Both the position numbers and the translations under genes were made by a program. The notes beneath the pieces are model-generated. The model did not search any database and was not told the DNA's origin. It worked only from the letters and a program-made list of their open reading frames with translations. This document shows, one piece after another, positions 19,358 through 29,388 of a stretch of DNA of 64,000 bases; within the stretch, counting starts at the first letter, position 1; each line of letters begins with the position of its first letter. The DNA is from Bacilli bacterium. Lineage in GTDB: Bacteria > Bacillota_I > Bacilli_A > RF39 > UBA660. Location: the NCBI GenBank assembly GCA_050948885.1, contig JBMNER010000004.1, positions 18,965 to 82,964 of the forward strand. The letters are read 5' to 3'.

Positions 19358-19747
19358 ATGTTTTCATATAAGCCAAATCCATTCTTTAATCCCTATTCTT
19401 ATTCATTAGCAACAAAATCAGCAATTAATTGGGGAAGTTTATTAACTAATACCCAAAAAACATTGGGGGTTATTAATCAAGCTATCCCAGTCTTTTACCA
19501 AATAGGTCCCGTTTATCGTAATGCGAGAACATTATTTAAAGTGATGTCCGAATTTAATAAAGCTAGCACTAATAACAGTAGTAGTAATCGTAGTAGTAGT
19601 AGTAACAGTAGTAGTACTAATAGTAGTAATAATGCCTCTAGTGTATTTAATAATCCAAAATCTAATCTTAAGCTGACAACTACTAATACCAGTGATAGTA
19701 CTAATAATAACCCAGATTTTAATAATCAACCAAACTTCTTTTTATAA
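19358..19747 (+). CDS. YqfQ/VrrA-like protein with a Ser/Asn-rich tract encoded by AGT/AAT trinucleotide repeats
   Basis: TQKTLGVINQAIPVFYQIGPVYRNARTLFKVMSEF resembles the conserved YqfQ core. It is adjacent to trmK-sigA-dnaG, as yqfQ is in Bacillus. Confidence 0.5.
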   Translation: MFSYKPNPFFNPYSYSLATKSAINWGSLLTNTQKTLGVINQAIPVFYQIGPVYRNARTLFKVMSEFNKASTNNSSSNRSSSSNSSSTNSSNNASSVFNNPKSNLKLTTTNTSDSTNNNPDFNNQPNFFL

Positions 19748-19754
19748 AAATAAA

Positions 19755-20435
19755 TTATTTATGGCTGGAGAGCGTTCTTTTAATCATGATTATTTTCCTG
19801 AACAACCATAATTTTTTAAATAAGTACCGAGGCGGAATTTGCTTACATATTTTTTTTATTTTATCAAGTTTATGCTGATATAATTCATTAAACAACTGAC
19901 TTTGGTGTTGTAAAAGATAAGGTCCAAAATATAATTTATAATAAGAATAGCGTTGTTTCCCTTTATTAAAAACAATAAGAGTATAAATATGCTCATTTTC
20001 TTTTATTAATTCTTCATAACTAATAAAATAGCCTAATTTAGTTATTTTTTGACGAACACAATAAACATTATTCTGTGGTTGCAGAATAATGTTTTTTATT
20101 GGTAATAAAAAAGATTGATTTTTAGTTAAAATATCAATGATGGTTTGTCCACCAAGACCGGCTATAATAATAGTATCAATATTACAATCATAATCAATAA
20201 CGGCAAGTCCATCGCCCTGTTGCACTTTTATTTTATTAATTAGATTATATTTAGTGATATTTCTCTTAGCTTGATTAAGAGCGGCTTCACTAATATCACT
20301 AATTATCATATTACTAACTAGTTTATTTTTAACTAAATAAATACCTAATAAACCATGATCACAACCAATATCAATTACCTTGGCTTGGTGAGGGACACAA
20401 TTAGCTAAGGCTTTTAGACGCTTAGATAGTTTCAT
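19755..20435 (-). CDS. trmK: tRNA (adenine22-N1)-methyltransferase TrmK (YqfN)
   Basis: SAM-binding motif VIDIGCDHG; immediately downstream of sigA as in B. subtilis. Confidence 0.8.
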   Translation of the reverse strand: MKLSKRLKALANCVPHQAKVIDIGCDHGLLGIYLVKNKLVSNMIISDISEAALNQAKRNITKYNLINKIKVQQGDGLAVIDYDCNIDTIIIAGLGGQTIIDILTKNQSFLLPIKNIILQPQNNVYCVRQKITKLGYFISYEELIKENEHIYTLIVFNKGKQRYSYYKLYFGPYLLQHQSQLFNELYQHKLDKIKKICKQIPPRYLFKKLWLFRKIIMIKRTLSSHK

Positions 20436-20436
20436 G

Positions 20437-21522
20437 TTAATCCGCTAAAAAGTCCTTTAATTTACGGGAACGTGATGGATGACGTAACTTGCGTAAAGCT
20501 TTAGCTTCAATTTGCCTAATTCTTTCCCTGGTAACATTAAAAATTTGTCCCACTTCTTCTAAAGTTCGACATTGGCCATCATTAAGACCAAACCTTAATC
20601 TTAATACTTTTTCCTCACGATCAGTTAAAGTCATTAAAACACCAGATAGTTCCTCCTTTAACATTTCAATCGTCGCATATTCTTCGGGACTAACCGTTAT
20701 TTCATCTTTAATAAAGTCACCTAAATGCGAGTCTTCCTCTTCACCAATTGGGGTTTCTAAAGAAATAGGGACCTGGGATATTTTATAAATCTCCCTAATT
20801 TTATCAATCGAAACATTCATTCTCTCGGCTAACTCTTCTTCTGATGGTTCCCGATTTAATTCCAAAGTCATTTGTCGTTGAATCCGCGCTAATTTGTTAA
20901 TGGTCTCCACCATATGTACCGGAACGCGGATAGTTCTAGCTTGATCAGCAATAGCTCTCGTGATGGCTTGTCTAATCCACCAAGTAGCATAAGTAGAAAA
21001 TTTATAACCCTTATAAGGATCAAACTTTTCTACTGCTTTCATTAACCCAATATTGCCTTCTTGAATTAAATCAAGAAAAAGCATTCCCCGCCCTACATAT
21101 CTTTTTGCAATACTAACCACTAAACGTAAATTAGATTCAGCCAAGAGATTCTTTGCTTCCTGGTCACCAGCTTCAACCCGTAAAGCTAAATCATATTCTT
21201 CTTCTTGCGTTAATAAATTAATCCGCCCAATTTCTTTTAAATACATGCGCACTGGATCATTTATTTTAATATCTTTTGGTATAGATAAATCAGCCGCCAC
21301 AACAGAACCACCTTCACTGGAATCGCTATCTTCATCAAACTCTGATATTATATCAATACCTTCATTGTTAAAAACATTATACAGTTCATCTAAAGCATCA
21401 TTATCTAGTTCTAAACCTTTAAATTCATCGGCCATTTGTTCATATGTAACATATCCTTTTTCTTTACCAATGGCTAGTAGTTTTTCTTTTCGTTCATCAA
21501 ATGTTTTAATTTCTTCAATCAT
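20437..21522 (-). CDS. sigA: RNA polymerase primary sigma factor SigA/RpoD
   Basis: Regions 1.2 to 4 present, including RpoD box [29 protein letters not shown]. Confidence 0.95.
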   Translation of the reverse strand: MIEEIKTFDERKEKLLAIGKEKGYVTYEQMADEFKGLELDNDALDELYNVFNNEGIDIISEFDEDSDSSEGGSVVAADLSIPKDIKINDPVRMYLKEIGRINLLTQEEEYDLALRVEAGDQEAKNLLAESNLRLVVSIAKRYVGRGMLFLDLIQEGNIGLMKAVEKFDPYKGYKFSTYATWWIRQAITRAIADQARTIRVPVHMVETINKLARIQRQMTLELNREPSEEELAERMNVSIDKIREIYKISQVPISLETPIGEEEDSHLGDFIKDEITVSPEEYATIEMLKEELSGVLMTLTDREEKVLRLRFGLNDGQCRTLEEVGQIFNVTRERIRQIEAKALRKLRHPSRSRKLKDFLAD

Positions 21523-21526
21523 TATA

Positions 21527-23272
21527 TTACTCCTTTACTTTTAATTGACGCAGTGCTTCCGCATACGCCACTTTTTTATCAATATCAACTTCTTGATTGA
21601 TTAGATTCATTAAGCGGTCAATTTCCTTTTGAATATTATAATCATTTATTACTTTAATATAATCATTTATTTCCTCCAAGCTATACTCTTCTTTAAGGGG
21701 TTGCATAACCACTTCCCCCACTAGTTTAATTAAATCGCTTTTATCATTTAAGTACGTAATAAAGTCGGCACTATTAATGACGCCTTCATGTTTTATATAA
21801 TAAATTATTTCATTAGCTAATAAGCGAGCTTCATTAGTCGGTAGATAAACCCCATTTATGGTAAATAATCTAGTAACCTCGGCTGATTTAAGCATGTAAT
21901 ACAACAATCTTTTTTCCGCTTTTAAATATTTATCAATACCCTTCCTTTTAGTGACCATAGGAACTTCTAGAGGTGACTCTTTTGGTTTATTAGGGCTTTT
22001 TAATAACTGTTCTTTTAAGGTGGGAAGAGATATCTTAAATTCATCACTTAATTTACTTAAAATTAGTTCCTGTTTAATATCATCTTGAATATCCACTAAA
22101 GCCTCTAAAACCTCATTAATATACTTAGTAATATCATCACTATTACTAAAGTCTTTATTAAGGCGATAATAAGCAAACTTAAAATCAAGTAAAGATAAGG
22201 GATTATCTAACTTCTTACGAAATTTGGTCTCCCCTTTAGTTGTAATATAATCATCGGGGTCAAATTCTTCTTCTAACCTAATAACTAAAGGCGTAATTTG
22301 ATATTTTAATAACTCATTCCCACCACTTAAAGTAGCTCTAGCCCCAGCCTCATCCCCATCAAAACAAAGTATTACTTTGGAAGCCATCTTCTTAATTAAA
22401 AAGGCTTGTTCTTTAGTGATACTAGTTCCCATTAACGCGACTACATTTTTAATGCCAATACTATAACACCTAATAACATCCATAAAACCCTCAACTATAA
22501 TAATAGTATTAGTTTGGCGCGCTACTGGTAAGGCCCGGTGATAATTGTATAACAGTAACCCTTTTTTAAAAATAGGCGTTTCTTTGGTATTAATATACTT
22601 GGCTATATCTTGGTCAAAATAATAACGACCACTATAACCAACTACCCGACCATTAATATCCCACAGGGGAAACATAATGCGATTAATAAAAACATCATTT
22701 AATTTATCATGATTTTGATTAGTCAGGCCACTAGTAATTAATTCCTTAGGGGTAAATCCTTTTTTTAATAATAATGTCGTTAATTGATCTTTTTTATCTA
22801 AAGCTAGTCCAATTTGAAACTCATTAATAATATCATCTTTTAATTTCCGCGTTAATAAATAATTTTTACCTTGATTACCTTTAGTGGTATTAATATTATT
22901 TTGATAATATTTGGTACTAATATTATATATATTAAAAAGTGACTCATAACGATTATCAGGGCCTTTAAGTGATATTTTATCTTTAATCGCAATACCGGCT
23001 TTAGTAGCTAATTTATAAATAGCTTCCGGAAAACTCATTTTTTCATAGGTCATAACAAAAGTAATAACATTCCCGCTCGCCCCACAACCAAAACATTTAT
23101 AAATTTGTTTTTCTTTGGAAACACTCATACTGGGCGTGTTTTCTTCATGAAAAGGACAAATACCAAAAAAGTTACGCCCCTTTTTGGTTAAGGGAATATA
23201 TTCACCTATAATATCAACAATATCAACACTATTTCTTATTTTATTTATTTCATCATTAGTTAATACAGCCAT
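21527..23272 (-). CDS. dnaG: DNA primase DnaG
   Basis: Zinc-finger [13 protein letters not shown]...[14 protein letters not shown] domain and C-terminal helicase-binding domain. Confidence 0.95.
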   Translation of the reverse strand: MAVLTNDEINKIRNSVDIVDIIGEYIPLTKKGRNFFGICPFHEENTPSMSVSKEKQIYKCFGCGASGNVITFVMTYEKMSFPEAIYKLATKAGIAIKDKISLKGPDNRYESLFNIYNISTKYYQNNINTTKGNQGKNYLLTRKLKDDIINEFQIGLALDKKDQLTTLLLKKGFTPKELITSGLTNQNHDKLNDVFINRIMFPLWDINGRVVGYSGRYYFDQDIAKYINTKETPIFKKGLLLYNYHRALPVARQTNTIIIVEGFMDVIRCYSIGIKNVVALMGTSITKEQAFLIKKMASKVILCFDGDEAGARATLSGGNELLKYQITPLVIRLEEEFDPDDYITTKGETKFRKKLDNPLSLLDFKFAYYRLNKDFSNSDDITKYINEVLEALVDIQDDIKQELILSKLSDEFKISLPTLKEQLLKSPNKPKESPLEVPMVTKRKGIDKYLKAEKRLLYYMLKSAEVTRLFTINGVYLPTNEARLLANEIIYYIKHEGVINSADFITYLNDKSDLIKLVGEVVMQPLKEEYSLEEINDYIKVINDYNIQKEIDRLMNLINQEVDIDKKVAYAEALRQLKVKE

Positions 23273-23325
23273 TATATCTACGCTCCATACCTAATATATT
23301 CTACATAAAACGATGATTTCCTTTT

Positions 23326-24276
23326 TTAAACTTCAAAAGTAGTCTCATCAAGAAACCGATAATTAGTTTTATACTTTAGTTCTCTAACTAATTTAAATAA
23401 CGCGATATCCTTCATTTTAGCTTCAATCATAATATCAAAGTCACGATTAACAAACTTAATTTTCTCAATAAAACGGATAAAATCATCACTATTAATAAAA
23501 TCATGATGAGCGCGCTTATTTTTTTTACTCCGAGGGCTCGCAAAATGTATCTTAGGAGGCAAGGCTTCCTTATCCCAGGTCGCAAAAATACTCTCAATAT
23601 AATCTTCAATCTTCTCACCATTATTACAGCATTTATAATGATGATAATCTAAAACCATCGGAATATCTAATTTATGACATAATGATAAAGTATTACGTAT
23701 ATTATACACTTTATCATCATTTTCCACGATAATCATTTTCTTTAACTTTTCATCCAAGGTATTAAAAGCTTCGGTAAAACGCTTAAGGCTCGCTCTTTTA
23801 CCACCACTACTACTCCCTATATGGATTATTATCTTTGGATGATGAAGGTTCATAATCTTAAACATATTTTGATGATACTTTAGTATAATAATACTAGAGG
23901 TTACAACAGCCTCATTAGTACTATTTAAGATACAAAACTGATCGGGATGGGAATCAACACGCATATGGTGCTTATTAATTAACTGACCGATTTGACGTAA
24001 TTCTTTTTTAAAATACTTTGAATAATCAAAAGAAACTAAGGGATGAGTCGCGAGTGGAATTAACCTTGATGTTAGACGATAAAAGTGAATGTTATTTCTT
24101 AAATTATAACTAATAACGGCCTCTAGAGCCACTATGTTTGATAAACTTATTTTCAATAGTTTTTCACGTCCGCGCCGAGACCCTAATTTCTTATAATGAG
24201 TGTAGGTTACTAAACCAGAGGTGGTTAAATTATCGACTGTATTAGTAATCGCTACATAGCCTAAGCGGATTTTCAT
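23326..24276 (-). CDS. uvsE: UV DNA damage endonuclease UvsE (UVDE); start set to MKIRLGY with a GGGTGA ribosome-binding site
   Basis: YRLTSRLIPLATHP, ENDDKVYN and IMIEAKMKDIALFKL match the B. subtilis UvsE motifs. Confidence 0.85.
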   Translation of the reverse strand: MKIRLGYVAITNTVDNLTTSGLVTYTHYKKLGSRRGREKLLKISLSNIVALEAVISYNLRNNIHFYRLTSRLIPLATHPLVSFDYSKYFKKELRQIGQLINKHHMRVDSHPDQFCILNSTNEAVVTSSIIILKYHQNMFKIMNLHHPKIIIHIGSSSGGKRASLKRFTEAFNTLDEKLKKMIIVENDDKVYNIRNTLSLCHKLDIPMVLDYHHYKCCNNGEKIEDYIESIFATWDKEALPPKIHFASPRSKKNKRAHHDFINSDDFIRFIEKIKFVNRDFDIMIEAKMKDIALFKLVRELKYKTNYRFLDETTFEV

Positions 24277-24333
24277 CATATCACCCATATTTATTATGGG
24301 CATAATCAATATATCTATGATAAAGGAGATAAC

Positions 24334-24867
24334 ATGCGTTTACGAACCGTGAAAATTATTAATGTTATTGGCATCTTTCTAATTAGTTTTTTATTTCATC
24401 AACTTTATCAATGGTTCCCAAATAGATTTATAGCCATTTTCTTTCCTGTTAATGAAAGCATTTTTGAACATCTAAAGTTAATCTATAGTGCGGTAATCTT
24501 TTGGATGTTAATTGAGTATTTCATATTACAACCGATTAAACATAATAACCTTATATTAGCGTCTCTAACTACCGCCGTTGCCACTAATATAATCTTTTTA
24601 GTCTTGTTTTTACCAGTTTACAATGAAATAGGACATGATCTATTAATAACCCTAATTATTTATTTTATAGCCATTGTCTTAGGTCAACTAATTAGCTATT
24701 ATATTCTTACTTTAAATACTAATTATAAAATATTAAACCTGGTTAGTTTAATACTAATTCCCCTTATTTTTACCATGCTTGGTTACTTAACCTATCACCC
24801 GCCAAAAACCCCATTTTTTTATGATCAATACCAGGATAAGTATGGTATTTATAATTTTTATCGTTAA
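24334..24867 (+). CDS. Hypothetical polytopic membrane protein
   Basis: AAGGAG ribosome-binding site. About 5 TM helices. No family recognised. Confidence 0.5.
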   Translation: MRLRTVKIINVIGIFLISFLFHQLYQWFPNRFIAIFFPVNESIFEHLKLIYSAVIFWMLIEYFILQPIKHNNLILASLTTAVATNIIFLVLFLPVYNEIGHDLLITLIIYFIAIVLGQLISYYILTLNTNYKILNLVSLILIPLIFTMLGYLTYHPPKTPFFYDQYQDKYGIYNFYR

Positions 24868-25127
24868 CTTTTCTTTAAATAAGTAGTTATTTTTTTAATT
24901 TGATCGGCTTTTAAAAATTTACATTTTGGTAAAGCTTCCAGCGTGGTTAAAGCATTCGTAGCCATCCCTTGACAACTACCATAACCACAAACATTACAAT
25001 TATAGCCGGGTAACATTTTAACTATTTCCTCAATCGCTTTATCATTTTTAAATAAATAAAAATAAACTAAACTAAGAATGATACTAATGATAAATGAACT
25101 TAAAGTAATAAGTAATACGCCGGTCAT
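24864..25127 (-). CDS. rnfB: Minimal RnfB (about 87 aa): TM anchor plus N-terminal Cys-cluster domain only, no ferredoxin domains; start set to the ATG with a GAAAAGAGG ribosome-binding site
   Basis: LPGYNCNVCGYGSCQGMATNA matches the RnfB N-terminal Fe-S motif (CxxCGxxxC). Last gene of the rnf cluster. Confidence 0.6.
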   Translation of the reverse strand: MTGVLLITLSSFIISIILSLVYFYLFKNDKAIEEIVKMLPGYNCNVCGYGSCQGMATNALTTLEALPKCKFLKADQIKKITTYLKKS

Positions 25128-25128
25128 C

Positions 25129-25257
25129 TTAAAACCTCTTTTCACATGATTTATGACAATTAAAACACTGATTGTTATCTTTTTTTCCTTGATAGTTTAA
25201 ATGATATAAATAAATAGTTATGATAGATAAGCAAGTTATAAAAATAAAGCCGATCAT
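25129..25257 (-). CDS. Unannotated 42-aa ORF (MIGFIFITCLSIITIYLYHLNYQGKKDNNQCFNCHKSCEKRF) between rnfA and rnfB
   Basis: GGTGG ribosome-binding site. Its start lies 1 nt after the rnfA stop and its stop lies 1 nt before the rnfB ATG. A TM helix is followed by a CxxCxxxC tail. Confidence 0.3.
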   Translation of the reverse strand: MIGFIFITCLSIITIYLYHLNYQGKKDNNQCFNCHKSCEKRF

Positions 25258-25258
25258 T

Positions 25259-25828
25259 TTAACCACCAATAAAGCGCCCAAAAATCATGGACATGATACC
25301 CGCCGTAATTAACGCGATGGGGGTCCCTTGAAACCCTTTTAAAATTGGATTAATATTTAATTTTTCTCTAATACTAGAGAATATATATAATACTAAAGAG
25401 TAACCAAGCCCACTACCAAGGGTAAAGACAAGGGTTTGCGTAAAGGTATAATTATTAGCAGCAGTTAATAAAACAGCGCCTAAAATAGCACAGTTAGTAG
25501 CGATTAGTGGTAAATAGATACCCAATAAAGCTTGAATTTTGGGAAAGTATTTTCTGATTATCATTTCGGTTAACTGAACTAAAGAAGCAATAATTAAAAT
25601 AAAAGTAATCGTTCTTAAATATTCAATATCATAAGGGAGTAATAGATAATGATACAGAAAGAAACAAAGTATATTAGCCAGTAACATGACTAAAGTCACA
25701 CAAATTCCCATACCAAGTGCCCCTTGTTCTTGATTAGAAACACCTAAAAAGGAACAAAGACCTAAGAATTTAGTTAAAATAATATTTTCCACCAATATAC
25801 TTGATATTAATAAAGCCATTAAACTCAT
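25259..25828 (-). CDS. rnfA: Rnf complex subunit A
   Basis: RnfA/NqrE-family polytopic membrane protein (GLCSFLGVS, LPLIATNCAILG). Confidence 0.9.
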   Translation of the reverse strand: MSLMALLISSILVENIILTKFLGLCSFLGVSNQEQGALGMGICVTLVMLLANILCFFLYHYLLLPYDIEYLRTITFILIIASLVQLTEMIIRKYFPKIQALLGIYLPLIATNCAILGAVLLTAANNYTFTQTLVFTLGSGLGYSLVLYIFSSIREKLNINPILKGFQGTPIALITAGIMSMIFGRFIGG

Positions 25829-26463
25829 CGTTCTTCCCTCCTTTTGTTTTGAATCATCTTTAAGATGCCACTTAAAAGCCCGAGAGAGATAAAAGCGCCA
25901 GCCGGGGTGATTAGTAACCCAACCGGGAAAATATTAGTATTTGGTATTAGTTGATAAACCATCTTATAACCGGTTATCTTACTTAAATTATCCATAATAG
26001 TGATGGTGTTATTTCCTAATACTTCTCTAAAGATGGCCAACATAACAATGCCAATCATAAAACCTAAACCAAAGCCAACCGCATCAACAATACTAACTAA
26101 AACGCCTTCCTTTGAGGCAAAACCAACCGCTCGCCCTAAAACCAGACAATTAACCACAATTAAGGGAATATAAATACCTAAAATACGATATAAATCAGGG
26201 GTATAAGCCTTTAAAACTAACTCGGTGATAGTCACTAAAGTGGCAATAATTAATATATATACGGGAATCCGAATATGATTGGGAACCAAGTTTTTAATAA
26301 GGGAGACCATTAAATTAGAACCTAATAAAACAAATAAAACCGATAAACTCATCACAATAGCGTTTTCCACTGTCGTCGAAACGGCTAAAACAGGACATAG
26401 CCCTAATAATAAAACAAAAATAGGATTTTCTTTAATTACTCCTTTTAAAAAATTATCTTTCAT
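25825..26463 (-). CDS. rnfE: Rnf complex subunit E
   Basis: RnfE/NqrD family (LGLCPVLAVST, IPLIVVNCLVLGRA). Confidence 0.9.
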   Translation of the reverse strand: MKDNFLKGVIKENPIFVLLLGLCPVLAVSTTVENAIVMSLSVLFVLLGSNLMVSLIKNLVPNHIRIPVYILIIATLVTITELVLKAYTPDLYRILGIYIPLIVVNCLVLGRAVGFASKEGVLVSIVDAVGFGLGFMIGIVMLAIFREVLGNNTITIMDNLSKITGYKMVYQLIPNTNIFPVGLLITPAGAFISLGLLSGILKMIQNKRREER

Positions 26464-26591
26464 AATAAGACCCCCCTATTAATATACTCAATTTGCGGTT
26501 TAGTGGTTTCATAAACCCAAAATAACAAAAGAGAACATAAAAAACCAATAATAGTAAAAACAATGATGCCTTTTAATACTTCTTTTTTCAT
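26460..26591 (-). CDS. Unannotated 43-aa ORF (MKKEVLKGIIVFTIIGFLCSLLLFWVYETTKPQIEYINRGVLL) between rnfD-G and rnfE
   Basis: Its ATG overlaps the rnfD-G stop (ATGA) and its TGA overlaps the rnfE ATG. It has a single TM helix that resembles an RnfG-type N-terminal anchor. Confidence 0.3.
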   Translation of the reverse strand: MKKEVLKGIIVFTIIGFLCSLLLFWVYETTKPQIEYINRGVLL

Positions 26592-28036
26592 TTATATTCC
26601 TCTTTTCGTTTATGATAATCATCCATTACTTTAATTGCCATTTGTTTTAAATAGTTAGTGGTGTAGGTAGCCCCAGCTATGGTATCTAGTTTATCTAAAT
26701 CAGCTTGATTATGAATAATTTTCTTTAAATAATCCGCGTTTTCTATTTGTGACCACACATCTTCTTTTTGTTCGATGATTATAATATCCGTTATTTTATT
26801 ATCAACATGATTAATAGTAATATCGGCTTTAATGATACCGTGGAAAGCCTTATGAGTGACTTGATAAATAGTTTGTTGATCTTGCCTTTTAATATTAAGG
26901 ATTTGAAAGGATAAATCTTTATCATCTACCTTCTTAATATTAAAAGCGATATAACCAGTAGTACTAGTTATCAACATTAATAGAATTAAATTTAAAATAA
27001 GCAGCCATCTTAAATTAAACCGCACCTTAGCCCCTATTCGGTCAATAATAAAAACTAACATATTCATAGTTAAAATAGCGGTGGCGACCCCTTCTGGATA
27101 ATTAGTTAAGAATCTAAAGGCAACCGTTAATAACCCTAATAACAAGGCATAGATAACTTGCCCGTAAGGAGTCGTCGGACTAGTCACTGGGTCAGTGGCC
27201 ATAAAGATAGCCCCAAACATTAAACCACCACTCAAGATATGAAATAATGGGTACCAAAGACCAAGTTGATGATAATAACCAATGGCACCAGTAATCATAA
27301 AGACAGTAGCTAGATAAATAACGGGAATACGCCAATTAATAACTTTAGTAATAATTAAATATAATAAACCTAGTAAACATAAAAGGGCACTGGTTTCACC
27401 CAAAGAACCAGGTATAAAACCTAAGAGAAAATCCTTTAAGTTACCATATGGTCCTACAATATTATGATAAGTATCAAGGTAATTTAAACCACCAAGATTA
27501 GTAAGCGGGGTAGCACTCCCCAACGTATCTATTTCCATTTTACTTAAGTAACCACCGGCTTTGGTAATGGCTGTTTGATAAGTACCCATAATAAATAAAT
27601 AACCAACTAAAGCGGGGTTAAAAATATTATTTCCAAAACCACCAAATAACATTTTACCAATGATAGTCGCAAAAATAGTTCCTATTATTAAAATAGAAAA
27701 AGGAGTATGGACGGGAATAATAAGAGCCAGAAATAAGCCAGGGAAAATAGCGTATGAATATTTTAGATAAGCTTTTAATTCATTTTTCTTATTTAGAAAA
27801 AAGCAAGCAAAAAGGATTTCACTGCCTAATGAAGTTATGATACCAACGATGATTAATAATATTGGTTTAAAAGCATCAAATAGTGTCCCATACCCTTTAA
27901 AATATGGATAAAAGCCATTCTTATAACAACTAAAAATAATAATTGGTAGTAAGGCGATAATTAAGTGGTTCATCATCTTTGAGGTGTTATATTTACTTTT
28001 AATATGTGGGCCATTATCAACCACAAACTTAGTCAT
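26588..28036 (-). CDS. rnfD: Fused RnfD-RnfG: RnfD membrane core (~335 aa) followed by a TM anchor and an FMN-binding domain
   Basis: RnfD/NqrB-like polytopic N-terminus ending ..LVFIIDRIGAKV, then the hydrophobic helix LLILNLILLMLITSTTGYIAF, then an FMN_bind-like domain carrying DTIAGATYTT (the flavin-attachment Thr motif). Confidence 0.85.
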   Translation of the reverse strand: MTKFVVDNGPHIKSKYNTSKMMNHLIIALLPIIIFSCYKNGFYPYFKGYGTLFDAFKPILLIIVGIITSLGSEILFACFFLNKKNELKAYLKYSYAIFPGLFLALIIPVHTPFSILIIGTIFATIIGKMLFGGFGNNIFNPALVGYLFIMGTYQTAITKAGGYLSKMEIDTLGSATPLTNLGGLNYLDTYHNIVGPYGNLKDFLLGFIPGSLGETSALLCLLGLLYLIITKVINWRIPVIYLATVFMITGAIGYYHQLGLWYPLFHILSGGLMFGAIFMATDPVTSPTTPYGQVIYALLLGLLTVAFRFLTNYPEGVATAILTMNMLVFIIDRIGAKVRFNLRWLLILNLILLMLITSTTGYIAFNIKKVDDKDLSFQILNIKRQDQQTIYQVTHKAFHGIIKADITINHVDNKITDIIIIEQKEDVWSQIENADYLKKIIHNQADLDKLDTIAGATYTTNYLKQMAIKVMDDYHKRKEEYK

Positions 28037-29313
28037 TATTTCACCACCTTTTCTTTGGCGACTTTAACATATTCGCGCACATCTACTTTTGAGGGACATA
28101 TATATGAACATAACCCACACTCAATACATCTTCTTGGTTCAAGGTATTGTAACCGGGTTTTATCATCAATAGCATTTTTAATTAAAACGGGGGCTAAGTT
28201 AACAGGACAAATATCAACACACTTGCCACAACGCATACAATTTATATACGGATTATTAGTTTTATTAGGCATAATAACAATACCATTTAAATTATTACTA
28301 ACTACTAAATCATCACTACTAATAGCCTGCCCCATCATGGGCCCCCCGGCAATCAGCTTTATGTCAGCTTGATCATGATATCCGCCAATAAAAGTTAATA
28401 TATCCTTAATATCAGTCCCTATTTTAACGATGATATTTTGGGGCTTTTTAACTGATTCACCGGTAATAGTAATCATCTTTTCCATTACTGGTTTATGATA
28501 TTGTAAGGCTTCATATATGGCATAGATAGTAGAGACATTATTAACAATAACGCCTTTTTCACTAGGTAAACGATGATAGTTAAGCTTTAAAAGATGGCGC
28601 ATGATATAACCTTCCCACCCCGAGCGAAAAAGTGGTGGTGATAATAATATTTTAATATTAGGATAAGTACCAATATATTTAATAAATTCATTTTTAAGGG
28701 CCTCTTGTCCTTTTTCAATCACAATAAAACCTTCTTTAGCCGGCATTATTTCCATGATTAAGTCTAAGCATTCCAATATTTCCTCCGCTTTTTCGCGCAT
28801 CAGAACATAATCAGTTGTTATATAAGGCTCCCCTTCGGCCCCATTAACTACAATGGTCTTAATGGGTACATCAACATCATATTTCACATAAGTCGGAAAC
28901 CCACTACCACCCATACCAACCACACCACAATCTTTTAAACGGGCGATAAATTCTTTTTTCGTCCACCGCTTTGGTGATTTCGCCTTTAAAATAACAGGGT
29001 CTAATTTTTCTTTATAATCATTTTCAATCTTAACGCAAGATACTTTCTCGCCATTTAAATATAATTTTTCTACTATTCCTTTAACTTTACCACTGACACT
29101 AGAATGAATCGGAAGATGAAAATGATCATCCCGCATACCAATGACAGTACCTTTATAAACAAAATCCCCTTCCTTAACTAAACAGGAACATTTTAAATTA
29201 TCATAATTAGTCAGGGGAATATAAACATAATCTGGTTTTTTAAGTTTTAAGATACGGTTTTTAATGGACATCTTCTTATTCGGTGTTAATTTAATCTTTA
29301 CCACCATAATCAC
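28036..29313 (-). CDS. rnfC: Rnf complex subunit C (NADH-binding, two 4Fe-4S clusters)
   Basis: CMRCGKCVDICP and CIECGLCSYICP ferredoxin motifs. Strong AAGGTAAGGAG ribosome-binding site. Confidence 0.9.
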   Translation of the reverse strand: MIMVVKIKLTPNKKMSIKNRILKLKKPDYVYIPLTNYDNLKCSCLVKEGDFVYKGTVIGMRDDHFHLPIHSSVSGKVKGIVEKLYLNGEKVSCVKIENDYKEKLDPVILKAKSPKRWTKKEFIARLKDCGVVGMGGSGFPTYVKYDVDVPIKTIVVNGAEGEPYITTDYVLMREKAEEILECLDLIMEIMPAKEGFIVIEKGQEALKNEFIKYIGTYPNIKILLSPPLFRSGWEGYIMRHLLKLNYHRLPSEKGVIVNNVSTIYAIYEALQYHKPVMEKMITITGESVKKPQNIIVKIGTDIKDILTFIGGYHDQADIKLIAGGPMMGQAISSDDLVVSNNLNGIVIMPNKTNNPYINCMRCGKCVDICPVNLAPVLIKNAIDDKTRLQYLEPRRCIECGLCSYICPSKVDVREYVKVAKEKVVK

Positions 29314-29335
29314 TCCTTACCTTAATCCTAGTATA

Positions 29336-29344
29336 ATTATAGCA
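29336..29344 (-). promoter_or_regulatory. Extended -10 element TGCTATAAT upstream of rnfC (minus strand)
   Basis: Reverse complement of 29336-29344 reads TGCTATAAT, about 20 nt upstream of the rnfC RBS. No clear -35. Confidence 0.4.
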
Positions 29345-29388
29345 CTTTAAATGAAAAAGAAAAAGAAAATAAATGGCTATTATTTTCT

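Noticed and set aside
20489-20788. Antisense ORFs inside sigA (20489..20788 and 21245..21544)
   Set aside because: Serine-rich shadow frames of a highly conserved gene with no translation signals. The same reasoning applies to the other internal antisense ORFs in the track: 852..1043, 4143..4373, 16269..16472, 19532..19729, 23427..23621, 26279..26482, 28004..28372, 30457..30639, 35863..36075, 37852..38219, 39638..39922, 40300..40503, 42254..42796, 47769..48134, 48355..48893, 54509..54706, 56591..58183, 60769..61017, 61478..61699 and 8925..9107.
25128-25145. GTG start for rnfB (MKRGFKMTG...)
   Set aside because: The ATG six codons downstream has a GAAAAGAGG RBS at ideal spacing. The GTG version would overlap the coupled upstream 42-aa ORF in a different frame.
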